Origin: Camelus ferus
Taxonomy: Eukaryota
Assembly: GCF_009834535.1 (NCBI RefSeq)
Contig: NC_045697.1
Coordinates: forward strand, 5,148,001-5,212,000
DNA length: 64,000 bases
Direction of reading: 5' to 3'
Part shown: positions 49,925-63,115 of the stretch, one piece after another
Position numbering within the stretch: the stretch's first letter is position 1
Layout of the letters: every line of letters starts with the position of its first letter
Translations under genes and position numbers: made by a program
The notes under the pieces: model-generated
What the model saw: only the letters and a program-made list of their open reading frames with translations
The model's database searches: none
Told to the model about the DNA's origin: nothing

Positions 49925-52900
49925 GCTTTATTTTTTACAATACTCTTATTGCAATATAGTTCACATAACATAAATTCACCAACTGAAGATGTCTAATTCA
50001 TGATTTGAGTATATCACAATGTGTGCAACCACACCTCTACCCAATTTGAGGAAACGTCTATCACCCCAAGGAGCAGCTCGGTACCTGTTAGCAGTCACTC
50101 CCAACTCGCCCCCCCTTTACCCATCCTCTAGGCAAGCACTCACCTACTTTCTGTCTGGATGGATTTGCTTATTCTGGACAGTTCAAATAAATGGAAGCAC
50201 ACAAAATGCGGCTTTTTGTGACTGATTTCGTCCTTTTAGCGTACTATTTTCAAAGTTCATCCATGCTTTAGCGTGCATCAGTGCTCCTTTCATTTTACGG
50301 CTAAGTAATATTCCATTGTGTGGACAGACCACATTTTGTTTATCTATTCATCAGGTGATGAACATTTAGGTTGTTTCCACTTTTTGGCTATTATGAATAA
50401 AGCTTTTATGAGCACTCGTGTACACATTTTTGCGGGAACATGTGTTTACAGTTCTCTTCAGTATAAACCTAGGAGAAGAGCTGCTGGGTCACACTGCAAC
50501 CCTATGTTTACGTTTTTGAGGAATTATCAAGATGTCTTTGCTCACACCTGCAACATTTTAACATTCCCACCAGCAACTGAAGTTGCCAATTCTCCACATT
50601 CTTGTCAACATTTATTATTTTCCATTTGTTTAAAAAAAGTATCATTATACCCATCCTAGTAGGTATAAAATTGTATCTCATTGTGGTTTTGATCTACATT
50701 TCCCAAATGATTAATGATCTTGAGCACCGTTTATTCCCCATTTGTGTATCTTTTTTGGAGAAATGTCTATTCAAATCCTTTGCCCAATTTTTAAATTGTG
50801 TTATCTTTTTAATTTTGAGTTGTAAGAGTTCTTTATATATTCTGTATACTAGATCCTTATCAAATATATGATTTATAAATACCTTCTCCCACTCATGATA
50901 GTGTCCTTTGATGCCCAAAAATACTGAGGAAGTCCAACTTCTTTATTTTTTCCTTGCTTGCTTGTACTTTTGGAATCATATATAAGAAACCATTGCCTAA
51001 TCCAGCTTCACAAGGATTGACACATGGTTCTTAGAGTTTGAAATTTTAGTTCTTACATTTAGGTCTATGATTCATTTTGAGTTCATTTTTGCATATGCTG
51101 TGAGATAGGGGTCCAAATACAATCTTTTGCATATGCATATCCAGTGGTCCCAGCACCATTTACTGAAAACTTTTCTTTCCCCATTGAATGATATTAGCGC
51201 TTCTGTCAAAAATGACTTTGTCATAGATGTTTATTTCTGGACTCTCAATTCTATTACATTGATCTATATGTCAATTCTTACGCCAGTACCAAACTTCCTT
51301 GATTACTGTAGCTCTGTACTAAATTTTAAAGTGGTAAAATGTAACTCTTGCAACTTTACTCTTCTTTTTTCAAGATTGTTTTGGCTATTTCAAGTCCCTT
51401 TCACTTACACTAAATTTTAGGATCAGTTCACTGTAGCTCTGTAGTATTGTCTGAAGTCTGGGAGAGTTATTCCTCCAGCCTCTTTCTTTTCCTTCAGTAA
51501 TGCTTTGGCAATTCTAGGTCTTTTGTGGTTCCATATCAATTTTATTATGATTTTTTCTAGCTCTGTGAAATACATCCTGGGTAATTTGATAGGGATTGCA
51601 TTAAATCTGTAGATTGCCTTGGGCAGTGTGACCATTTTAACAATATTGATTTTTCCAATCCAGGAGCATGGGATATCTTTCAATTTTTTAAGTCTTCTTT
51701 AATTTCCTTCATCAATGGTTTATAGTTTTCTGTGTATAATTCTTTCACCTCCTTGGTTAGATTTATTCCTAGGTACTTTATTACTTTGGGTGCTATTTTA
51801 AAAGGGATTGTTTCTTTACTTTCTTTTTCTGTTGATTCATCATTAGTGTAAAGAAATGCAACTGATTTTTGAACGTTAATCTTGTAACCTGCTACCTTGC
51901 TGAATTCTGCGATCAGCTCTAGTAATTTTTGTGTGGACCTTTTAGGGTTTTCTATATATAGTAACATGTCGTCGGCATATAGTGACACTTTTACCTCTTC
52001 TTTTCCAATTTGGATCCCTTTTATTTCTCTCTCACGTGATTGCTGTGGCTAGGACTTCCGGGACTATGTTGAATAGGAGTGGTGATAGTCGGCAGCCTTG
52101 TCTTGTCCCAGATTTTAGTGGGAAGCCTTTGAGGTGTTCACCGTTGAGTGCTATGCTGGCTGTAGGTTTGTCATATACAGCTTTTATTGTGTTAAGATAG
52201 GATCAGTTTCTCCATTTCTGCCAAAGAGGCAGTTGGATTTTTTTTTATAGGAGTTGCATTTCTCTTGTATATTGACTTGGAAACTATTGCCATCTTAACA
52301 GTATTAAATCTTCAGATCTATGAACATGGGATGTCTTTTGATTTATTTATGTTTCCTTTAATTTTTTTCAACAATGTTTCGCAGTTTTCAGTATACAAGT
52401 CTTACACTTTATTCCAAAGTATTTTAGTATTTTTGATGGAACTGTTTTAATTTCATTTTCAGGATGTTCAATTGCTAATGCAGAAAAGTAAAACTGACTT
52501 CTTATGGATCTATACCATACAATTGTGCTGAACTTCCTATTAACTCTAAGAGCCTTTTTTGTGGATTTTTTTGGAGGTTTCTGGATATGAGATCATGTCA
52601 TCTGCAAATAGAGACAATTTTACTTCTTCCTTTCCAGTCCAGATGCCATTTATCTCTACTTATTTACTCATTTATTTTACATTTATTTATTTATTTATTT
52701 GTTGCTTGCCTAAGTGTCCTGGCTAGAATCTCCAGAAAAAGCTGAATAGAAACGGTGAGAACAGGCATCATTTTCTATTCCTAATCTTAGAAGGAAAACA
52801 TCCAGGCTTTCATCATTAAATATAATGTTACAGATACAATAAAAAAGAGTTACAAACAAAAATGCACTCATACTGTCCTCTGTGTTTAGCTGTGCAGTTA

Positions 52901-54890
52901 CCTTTACTGGTGTTCTTTATTTCTTCATGTGGGTTTGAGTTACCGTCTAGTGTTCTTTCATTTCACCCTTTAGCATTTCCTGCAGGGTACGTCTGCTAGC
53001 AACAAACTCTCAATTTTTGCTTATCTGGGAATGTCTCAATTTCTCTTCCATTTCTTTAGGATAGTTTTGCTGGATACAGAATATTTGTCGAGAGTATTCT
53101 TTCAGTCACTCTGGATATGTCATCTCACTGCCTCTGGCCTCTTTCTGACGGGAAATCAGCCATTAAGATAACTGAGGCCTCCCTGCCTATGATGATTCCC
53201 TTTTCTTTTCTCAAGATTCTCTTCATCTTTGACAGTTAGATTAATCTAGGTGTGACCTTCTTTGAGTTTACCCTATTTGGCATTTGTTTAGCTTCTTGTA
53301 GGTATAGAGCAACATTTTAAAATCAAAATTGGTATGTTTTTGGCCATATCTTCAAATACTCTTCCTGCCATTTTCCTCTGTCCTCTCGTTCAGAGGCCCC
53401 CGTTACATGCATGTGCTGATGCACCTGATGACACCCCACAGGTCTCTGAGGCTTTGTTCATTTTTCTTCATTCTTTTCTCTTTCTCTTCCTCAGACTGGG
53501 TAATTTTAATTGACCTGTCTTCAAGTTCACTGTTTTTAATCCACCCAGTTAAATCTGACATTGAGCCTCTTTAGTTAATTTCTCATTTTAGTTATTATAC
53601 TTTTCAACTCCAGAATTTGTATTTGGTTCCTTTTTATAATTTTTATCCCTTTATCAATATTCTACTTGGTGAGACATGGTTCTCATATTTCCCTTTGGTT
53701 CTTTAGGTGTGGCTTTCTATAGCTCTTTGAACATATTTTAAATACTTGATTTAAAGTCTTTACCCAGAAAGTCCAACCTCTCAGCTTCCTCAGGGACAGT
53801 TTGTATTGATTGCTTTTCTTTACCGTGTAGCAACTATACATTATTGTTTCTTTGTAATCCTTGCAGTATTTGGTTGAAAACTGAATACTGAATATTATAT
53901 TGTGTCAACTCTGGAAATCAGATTCTTCTCCCTTCTCAGGGTTTGCTGCTGTTGCTATTTGTTGTAGCTGTTGGTTTGCCTCATGAGTTTACTAAATTAA
54001 TTCTGTAAAGTCTGTATTCTTTGTCATGTGTGTCCACTAATATCCCAGTCCCATTAGCTTAGTGGTTGGCTAACAATCAGAAGGAGATTTACTTACACTC
54101 TTGGGCAGAAAAACCCTCACTATCTTTGCAGGGGGCTCTGTAAGTACATGGGAACACACTCTTTAACATTCAGCCATGAAGTTGACAACACTGCCTTAGC
54201 CTTCACTTCCTGCTGGTACAGACCTTCAAGGTCAGCCAAAGGTGAGATCTTTAAGGCCTTCTCAGGCCCTTTCTTGTGCATGTTCATGACTAGAAATGCA
54301 TGCGGTATTCTAGATTCCCAGGAATATTTACAAACTGTTCAAAGCCCTTATTATCCAAAGCATCTCATTCTCCAGCCTTCCCACTCAAGATTTCTGGTGA
54401 GTCCATTATTCACTCCAACTGTTATCAATTGCCCCATGCAGCAATGACTAAAACATTTTCCTGTAAATAATTTTTACCAACACCCAACACCCAACACCCA
54501 GAACTTGTGCAAGTTCCAAGTCAGGTGAAATAAAGATGAGACTTTCCAGCCAGTTTTCTTCCTCTGGGGAGCCAACAGACAGGTCAAATAATGATGCTTC
54601 TTTGTGAATGAGGTCTGGACTGTTCCCTCTTGTACTGGGAACATAAGATGTTGATATCAAGGTTATTGCTGAGGTAGGAAGTGGGAAATGGGTTTAAGGT
54701 AAATTAAAATATCACAGAGTTTGCTATTCTTACTAAGATTAAGCTGTCTTTCTTGAGTAAGTGCTCCTTGTGTTTCTACAAGCCTTTGATTAATTTCCAG
54801 AGTTCCAAAAAGTTCATCCTGACAGTTTTGGCCAGTTTTTTCAGTATTTCAAAGTTCCTTACTCTGCCACTTTCACTAATGTCCCATTGA
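49925..54890 (-). mobile_element. Old L1M element(s) (3' end, ORF2, then ORF1/5' region), same orientation as STK32B
   Basis: Minus-strand translation [25 protein letters not shown]...[16 protein letters not shown]1MB-type 3' end near 49930 and ORF1-like text at 52830-53800. Confidence 0.85.
51429..52197 (-). mobile_element. Young L1 ORF2 (RT) internal fragment with an 11-bp TSD and no 3' UTR or poly(A)
   Basis: Well-preserved [15 protein letters not shown]...[16 protein letters not shown] and [16 protein letters not shown]...[19 protein letters not shown] taggatcagtt at 51418-51428 and 52198-52208. Confidence 0.9.
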
Positions 54891-55076
54891 TGTTTGTTTT
54901 AAACATGACTGAGTATGCATTTGAATTTTACAATTTGTTCCCTTAGAATTATCCTGAGCTATGTTTCCAATGTGTGTTCTCCAAAACTCTCCGTGGGGAG
55001 ACAGCTGGTGCTATATTCTTTGGCGAAATAAGTTTGGGATATGCATGTCAAAGTTCAGCATATTTCCTTACCATAG

Positions 55077-55275
55077 TGTTACCAAGTCCAAGCTTGTACT
55101 ACCAGCTGCACGACTGGCCAATAATTCAAGAGACAAGCTGCTGGGGCAAGGAATAGCAACTTTATCCGGAAAGCCAGCAAACTGGTAAGATGGTGGACTA
55201 GTGTCCCAAAGAACCATCTTAACTCAGAATAAAATTCAGGCTTCTTTTATGTTAAGGGAAAGGGGAAGCAGGAGG
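55077..55275 (-). mobile_element. Partial ERV1-type LTR (3' end)
   Basis: tgttaccaagtccaagcttg...ggggcaaggaatagcaactttatccggaaagccagc...gatggtggactagtgtcccaaagaaccatctt resembles antisense artiodactyl ERV1 LTRs. Confidence 0.65.
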
Positions 55276-57774
55276 ATTCTCAATTAATTGTCCAGTTGTG
55301 CAGCAAGCAGTATGAACTTGGACATGGAAACAATAGGATTTTTCCAAATGCACAATATGTTCTCCTAAAGATGCTGCACAACTTCAAGAGAGAAATACAA
55401 TATAAAACAAAATAGTTGCAGGTAACTTGCAGGCCAGGAACAGTGCTTGATACTTCTATTTATTATCTCATTTGATTCATGCCATCATATAATATTATTC
55501 TCACTTCATAGGCAAGGAAACTGAGGCATAGAAAGTTGATAATTGTAATTGCCAGAGTTGGGAATTCAATCAAAGCAATTTCCAGCCTTTGCCCTAAGTC
55601 AGTACACCATACTGCAGGATTTCCCTAACTTAATTTGGCCACAGAAACATTTGTTCAGAGAAACTTGGAGAACTAATGTGCCTCAGAATACATTCTGGAA
55701 AATGCTGAGCTAAAGCACACTCCATAACTGAGAGACTGATCTGTGCTTTTCTCGACACTTCTGCTGTCATAAATCATGCCACAAACCCTTGCTACAAACA
55801 TTAAATATTGATTGAAGATGGAACGTGGAGTCCTCCAGCCTATAGATTACCAATACACAGAAGCTTCTGAATTTTAGTGTCTTCTTGAGGGTAGGCATTA
55901 AAAGTTAACTTAACAAAACCAAAACCAAAAAATTCTACCCTGAAGCAGGGTTTAACAATATAATGTTATTTTTATAACATTGTAAAAGAACTATGTGAAC
56001 TGAGTCCACCTTAAAGATTTGTTTTCTTCAGTTTTTTGCACAAGTTATTTTTTCCAATGAAGAAGGTAATTTGTTCTCAGCATAGGAAAATTTGTAAAGA
56101 AAATAGAAATATGTAAAGGAACAGAAAATAAAAACCTTAATTCCTTCCACTCAGAAGTAATTTCTGTCTTCATAGCTCTTTCTGGCATTTTGAGTATCTT
56201 ATTTTCTTTTCATCCTTGGAATCTTGCCATAAATTTTTATTACTGCAATTATTTTTTCATACCATTGCAAGTTTTCATAAACATCTTTTTTTTTTTTTTG
56301 CATGCCTTCAAAATATTCCATTCCAGGGAAGTAGCATAACTTACTGAATCTTTCCACTCATGTCAACTATTTAGTTTGTTACCCATATTTCACTATTTTA
56401 AATAATGCTGTGAAAAAACAGCTCTGGAAGATACACAAAATGCTAGTGTCCATCTTTTATACAGAGGTTGATCCAGACAGAAGGTACACAGTGAAATAAA
56501 CATACAGCAGTGTCAACTGACAGGCTACAGTCTCCAGCCACAGTGAAGTGAAGAAAGGATAAATACAACACAGTGAGAGATTTGTGGAAATGAATCCACA
56601 AATTCAGCAAAGAAAATTGTAACTAAAATATGAAACATCCAATATAACCGCAAGGATTTAAAAACAGAGTTGAAGGGGCAGCTATTACTGGAAAGCACGG
56701 TCTTGTAGAGAGAAATAGGCATGCAAAAGTTCAACAAATCAGGTGACAGGTGAGGAGTGTTCTTGAGCTAAGGAACCAGAATAGACGCTATCCATCCTTT
56801 TGCTATTTAAATACTTGATGAATAAACATTGTTCTAATGATTATATCTGTATGTAGTAGACTTGGGGATAATTCTAGTCCTTTATTGCTTCAAATAGTAG
56901 TGATGCCCATGTCCACTCACTGATCATGAGCTGTGTGTCAGTGTCTGGGCAAGGGCTATACGTACTTCATCTCAGTTAAGCCCAGCACAAAGCACATACA
57001 ATTATATGCAATTGACTAAGGCAGAAAATGAGGCTCAAAAGTTGAGTAACTTACCCTACGTCTTTCAGCAACCAGAGCTGAAAACACATCTCAGCCCAGA
57101 GCCTGTTACCTGCCACAGGACCAAGTGGCACCTCTGTGACAAACTCCACAAGCAGAAATGAAAACACCTCAAAAAGCATTTGAAGCCAACAGAATACAGA
57201 TTTCCAAATATACTTTGAAAGGGAAATATTAATTGAAGCTGAATTTTAGCCATCTCAGTTGACAAAATGTTAGAGCCTTAAAACTATTCATACATTGTTT
57301 TGACTTTGGAAAATCCAGTCCAAGAAAATGATCTGAAAGGCAGAGAAAGGAACATGCACTAGGATGTTCCTCACAGTATTATTTATAATAAGAGATAAAA
57401 TGAATATAATAGAAACAAAGGAAAATAAAGTAAGTTCATTTCATGTAATATTTTGAAATCACTACAAATTTTATGTAAAAATTGTTATCATTACATGAAA
57501 AATACAAACAAATCAGAGTAAGTAGTGGAAAGGTTGAATGCAAAATTGCACTGTATAATGAATACATTTAAAAAGTACTTATGCAGAGAAGAAAAAAATC
57601 ACCCCAGGAAATAAAGTAAAACTTAACATTGGTTTCCACTTAAAGTCAGGACTACAGCAGTGATTTTTGAACTCTTTCCATTTTTTTAAATTCCTGTATT
57701 AGTTTTATGAAAGAAAAAAATTAATAGGGATTCCAAACAAATAAATGCCAAAAGATCAGGGCAGACAACACACA

Positions 57775-58655
57775 TGTATTCATTCATTCACGTATTAAGG
57801 CTGCTACTTACCTTCCCAGCAGGCACTGAGGCTGGGAATAAAGGGGTGAGTCAGAAAGACAGAAATCCCTGCCTTGCTGTAGTTTAATTTCAATGAAGAT
57901 GCAAACAACAGTTAAGATAAATAAGTAAACCATATAGTAGCTAGATGGTGGTAAGCACAATATGAAATGTCAAAAGGGATGGAAAGTTTAAAGAAAAAAA
58001 GCAGAGAAAGCCTCACTGATAAAAGACATTTCAGAAAAGACCTAAAGGAAGCTAGAAAGCCGGTCAAGCAGCTATCTGGGGAGAGAGCATTTGAGGGAGT
58101 GGAAGCAGCAAGTACAAAAGTCCTGAGGTCATGTGGAGTGAACACACAGCAGCTCAAGAAATAGCAAGAAAGTAAATGTGGCAGGAGCAGAGAGTTAGTG
58201 CCATGGTCCTGAGGCAGGCATGAACCTGGGATACTCAAGGGCCAGCAGGAGAGTGATAGGAAAGTAGAAGATGGTGTCTGAGAGGTAACAGGGGGTCTGA
58301 TCAGGAAAGGCCTTAGAGAATCTGAGCCTCTGACTTTTTCACTGACCACAGTGGGGAGCCACAGAGATAAGTTACCTGAGTCACAGTTTAATGGGCTGAC
58401 CCTGGCCGCCCTGCTGAGACCTGGCTGTAGGGCAAACAGTCTGAGGCTGCTGCAATGATTCGGAGAAGATGCCTGGGCCAGGTAGGAGCAGGGGGACGGG
58501 TGCAGGAGGGTTTGTTGCACCCAAGTGAGGGATGAGATGGGGAAAAGAAATAGAAATGTCAAGGATGACACCAAATTTTGACCTGAGCATCTGGAAGAAT
58601 AGAGTACCCATGATCTGTAGGTGAGGGCTGTTGAGGGGGGAAATTTCAATTTTTG
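57775..58655 (-). mobile_element. L2 LINE 3' portion
   Basis: ttcattcattca end, acagaaatccctgcc motif, and gtcaaggatgacaccaaa (GVILD). Confidence 0.75.
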
Positions 58656-59377
58656 ACACATAGCGAACAAAAAATGTGTAAAAATATGCTAGCTCACTAA
58701 GCAATAACAATCCCAATGTAAATAATGAGATTAAATATTTGCCTTTTTAATTAGCAAAGATGTAAAACACTCTAACTTTCTTTGCTTGCTAGGATGTGGT
58801 AAGCCAAGCACTGGAATACATTTTCTGAAAAGCAATTTGGGGATAAAAATCAAGACTCTTAGCAATGCTCATAAATTTCACCTTGTTAAGCTCCCTTCAA
58901 GTAATCTGTTCTAGGAAAATTGCAGAAAGTACAGACGAAGATTTATGTACGCAGTCTACACATTCTTATTTCTGTAAATAAAAAGCTAGAAAGAGCCCAA
59001 AAGTCCAACAGTGGAGATACAGTTAAAATATTATTGTGCACCCACCCACACAATGAAATACTGTGCAGCCAATAAATATTTGTATGAATTGTTTAAAACA
59101 CAGTTTTAAAAGAAAATGGCAATATAAAATGTAATACAGTGTAATATGGTGTTAAAAAAATGAATACTAAAAAAAAGTTTGGCAAGGAATCACTAAAGCA
59201 TAACAGTTGTCTCTGGGCGATGAGAATATTTTTTCCTTCTCATTGCAGGTTTTTCAACATTTTAATTTTAACTTGATGAGGAAAACCAACTGTATTTTTA
59301 ATGAAGATGATTATTCTGCTCACAGGTAGCGATATAAAATGAAAGACCCTAAAACCTGTGCTAACACCAATCCCATT

Positions 59378-59568
59378 TTTTTTAATTTAAGTATAGTCAG
59401 TTACAATGTGTCAACTTCTGGTGTACAGCATAATGCCCCAGTCATACATATATATAGATATATACATATATTTGTTTTCGTATTTTTTCATTAAAGGTTA
59501 TTAGAAGATATTGAATATAGTTCCCTGTGCTATACAGAAGAAATCTATGTTTTAATCTCTTTTTATAT
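59378..59568 (-). mobile_element. Camelid-type L1 3' end with a 12-bp TSD
   Basis: Poly-T, then aagtatagtcagttacaatgtgtcaacttctggtgtaca. TSD accaatcccatt at 59366-59377 and 59569-59580. Confidence 0.9.
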
Positions 59569-60269
59569 ACCAATCCCATTATAATACTCCCTGCTTCGTG
59601 CTGGCCCCACCTCTCAAAGGCAGAGAGAGCTGGGTCATCTGGGAGAAGTGGGCGGGCAGGGAGATTCGGAGGGGACTGAGGCCAGTCAGCGAAATTCTGG
59701 CCAGCTTGACTTGAGAAGCTGGGAGGTGGAGGATTGCTCCCCAGATCTTCAATATCCTCCCCCCTCACGACAGAAGGCACCCCGGATGATATTTAAGACA
59801 GAGTGGACAAAAGCTACCAGGAGATGCCAAATGGAATCTGGAGCTTGGGTAGATTCAGACCTAGGGCCAGGACCTCCAGAATTCCAGACTCCCAGAATTT
59901 CCTACTAGACGGCTTGTGGGAAAGGCAAGCCCTACTAATGTCATTAACTCCACTGTCATGTGACCTTGCACTTTACGTGGTTTAATTTTAGCCCCCACTT
60001 TTCACATCAGGGCAGATATTTTGTTGGTTTTTTTTTCTTGTTTTAGGCTGTGGCAGATACTATAGTTTGTCTACACTAATGCCATTCTATCTTCTCCATG
60101 GCAAGTTCTCGTTTTCTTTGGCCAGTCCAGGGGAGTGAACCCATGTTGATCCAGGACAAAAACAGCATCCCAGTAATTTTTGGCCAATGATTGGTGGAGG
60201 ATGAGGACATGAGACCTAGTTACAACCAATAAGCTGTGAGAGGAATTCTGTAAGTAACTTCCAGAAGTA

Positions 60270-60793
60270 CAGTTGACCCTTGAACAAAAGGGGTTTGAAC
60301 TGCATGGATCCACTTATACATGGATTTTTTTTTCAATAAATACACACTACAATACTGAAAGATCCTCGGTTGGTTGATTCTAGGATGCAGAACTAAGGAC
60401 ATGGAGGGCCAACTGTAAAGTTATAAGGTTTTTTTTTTTGTCTTTTATTTTTTATTGGTATGTAGTTGATTCACAACATTAGTTTCAGGTGTACTGCAAC
60501 TCAGCTATACATATACATACATATTCTTTTCTTATTAGATTCTTTTCCATTATGTTATTATAAGCAGTTGAATACAGTTCCCTGTGCTCTACAGTAGGTC
60601 CCTGTTGTTTATCTGTTTTATATACAGTAGTGTGTATATGTTAATCCCAAAGCCCTAATTTATCCCTCCCCTGCCCTTTCCCCTTTGGTAACCACAGTTT
60701 GTTTTCTATGTCCGTGAGTCTGTTTTTCACACAGGGATTTTTGACTGGAAGGTGTCAGTGCCCCTGATCCCCACATTGTTCAAGGATCAACTG
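60270..60793. mobile_element. Tigger2a-like TcMar non-autonomous DNA transposon
   Basis: TIRs cagttgacccttgaacaa and ttgttcaaggatcaactg, with TA duplications at 60268-60269 and 60794-60795. Confidence 0.88.
60429..60727 (-). mobile_element. L1 3' end nested in the Tigger element
   Basis: Poly-T, then tagttgattcacaacattagtttcaggtgtac...ccctttggtaaccacagtttgttttctatgtccgtgagtctgttt. Confidence 0.85.
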
Positions 60794-61130
60794 TACTGTC
60801 CTCCCTGATAAGAGAAGAAAGAGAAGAAAAAGCCCTCTTTGCTCCTTCACTCCCTTCCCGCTTTGGACAGTGTCACGTGGGGAGATACTGAAGTTGTGGC
60901 AGCCATCCTGAGACCCTGAGATGAGCGTGAGGTGGGGGCAAAAATGGGAAAAGGGTGGAGCAGCAGGACGGAAAGAACCAGGGTCTTCAAAGACAGTGTT
61001 GCATCCCCAGGCATTCCTGGTCCATTCCCGTCTGTACTTCTGGTTAATCACACAAGCAATGTCTTCACAGTTCAAGTTACTATTTGTTGAGTTTTCCATT
61101 ACCTGAAGCCGAAAGCATCCTACTGGATAC

Positions 61131-61629
61131 CGACAAAGATTCTCTCCTTGGCCAAGCTCTATTCAGCCTTCTCTGAAATTTTCATCTATGAAAAGTTAAG
61201 CTTCCATGTTCATCTCTGCACTGTCCAATTTTAGCAAAAATCCTGTCAGCTGGCTTAGCTAGAATCCCCCATCCTCCGTATCAGATCACCCTCAGTATCC
61301 AACTGGGTTCCTCGTCCTCCACCATCCTCCAGGTAATGTCTGCTCACCTTGGCCTGCCTTCAGCAAGAATCCTGTTAGTTCAGTTTATCCAGAATCCCCC
61401 CTTAATCCTGATGTTCCTCCAGGTAATTTTCCATCCCCTGACCCCACCTGCTCCTTGGCTTTAAATTCCCACTTGCCCATGCTATATTCAGAGTGTAATC
61501 CAAGCTGTCTCCTCCACTGCAAGACCCCATTGCAGTGGTCCCTACACTTATTAAGATGCCCCTCCTGGAATAAAGTCTTCCTTACCATGCTTTAGCAAGT
61601 GTTGTTGAGTAATTTTTTTTTCTTTAACA
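61131..61629 (+). mobile_element. ERV1 solo LTR (MER31-like), 4-bp TSD
   Basis: (c)gacaaagattctctccttggccaa...aataaagtcttccttacc...tctttaaca. TSD atac at 61127-61130 and 61630-61633; the 5' TG is mutated to CG. Confidence 0.8.
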
Positions 61630-62734
61630 ATACAACATCCTGACACAGAGTCTGTCTCAAAGTAGGCTTGGAACTGCCACAACAGTGTGGGTCCTCCAGG
61701 GCCCTAAGACACCCTGACGTTAGAAAGGGAACCCAATTTCCTGCCCTCCCGCAGCACCTTTGCTAAGGATCACATGGAACTCGGGTCGTTGTACAAAACT
61801 GCCAGATGTCTTAGACAAGGAAACAGGTAAGAGACGATCACTTAGCCTTGGGTGGAAGGAGGGAAGAGGTCTCGGAAAGAGGGCTGGGAGGTGCACCCAG
61901 AGGACGTCTGAACAACGGGTTAACCAGGGAGAGGTTTCACCTCCAGCGCCTGCTCTGGTCACTGGAGAGAAGCTGCTGGGGGTGTCTTGGCGAGGACTCT
62001 GAAGCTTATCTGGGCTCGGTGGGTGTGGTGCCATTAGTTAGTGCCCTCGCAGTTGATTAGTTTAACTGGCACACAGCAACATAATATGGGTACTCCTGTG
62101 TATTCTGCCATGCCGTGTTCTAGCTGCTGAGTGTACAGAAAGAAACGCGGCGGACAAAGCCCACACAAGTGGAGCTGACAGCCCAGGGATACAGCTCAGA
62201 AGGGCGGGAGTCCGCCAGCAAGACAGAGCCACTCCCCTTGCGGGCATCACTGCAGATGGCGAGACCTGGGCAAGGAAGCACCCCTTTCTCTCTCCTTGCC
62301 TTTCTTCCCCCAGTGCCCTAGCCCTTTCATAACAATTCAAAGGAGAAGACAAAAACCACTGTGCAGTAAAATTTTACAATGAAGGAACAGATTCCCCTTC
62401 TGACCCACACCCTGTTACAGAAAAGGTCCAAATACCCTGTGATATCAATATCTCTTCCCATGATTGCTGCCACTGTAGCCGTGGTAAAGATTTACACAGG
62501 CAGTTTATCATCATTATCATCTTGTAACTTGTAATTACCATGCACAGGGTTCATCAACTTAAAATTCAACATCTTTTTAGTACATTTTCCCACAGCATTA
62601 GCTGCTAAGATACAAAATGCAGATTATGTCAGTCGAGATCAGCCTTGTGAATATGCAGTATTTACTAGTGTGGTGTAAACCCCGACAGTCATTTGGTTGT
62701 TTTTCTTTTTTCTTTTTTTAATGCAAGTGCCTGA

Positions 62735-63115
62735 CTTTAGGTTTGATGGCTGAGGCATCCACTTCAAAGACGGCTATCTCAAACAAACATACTGCCAGCC
62801 ACAAGGCTAGATAAAGGGCCAGGCTGCCCCCTTGACTGGGGCCCCTTTGTTCTAGAGATCTTGGTTGATTCTGATAATGGACTGTTTGGGCCACATGCTT
62901 CATTTTTTTTCTCTTCCCATACTTTAAACTCCCACTTTTATGTTTTAAACTCACCAACACAGAATAAGCCCGCAAATCCCTAGGCCCCCATCCTCAACTT
63001 CAGTGAAAGTGGACCCCCAGGCCCACATGCACTCTCTCTCCCTCCACCTGTGACCCCGCTGCGGGGCCCCACGTGTGCTGTGACTTCCAGGTCTTGTAAG
63101 TAATAAATAAGCATT
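62735..63115 (+). mobile_element. Probable ERV LTR fragment
   Basis: LTR-like layout ending ...ctctctctccc...ccaggtcttgtaagtaataaa; termini unclear. Confidence 0.45.

Larger units (their letters stand above)
60049..61126. mobile_element. Old MaLR LTR (MLT1H/I-like) interrupted by a Tigger element
   Basis: Starts tgtggcagatac...ttggccaatgattgg and resumes after 60795 (gaagttgtggcagccatcctgagaccctgag...gaaagcatcct). Confidence 0.65.

Noticed and set aside
57912..58670. 252-aa minus-strand ORF
   Set aside because: It lies in a decayed L2. The L2 RT motif (GVILD) is in another frame, and the pyrimidine-rich strand is naturally poor in stops.
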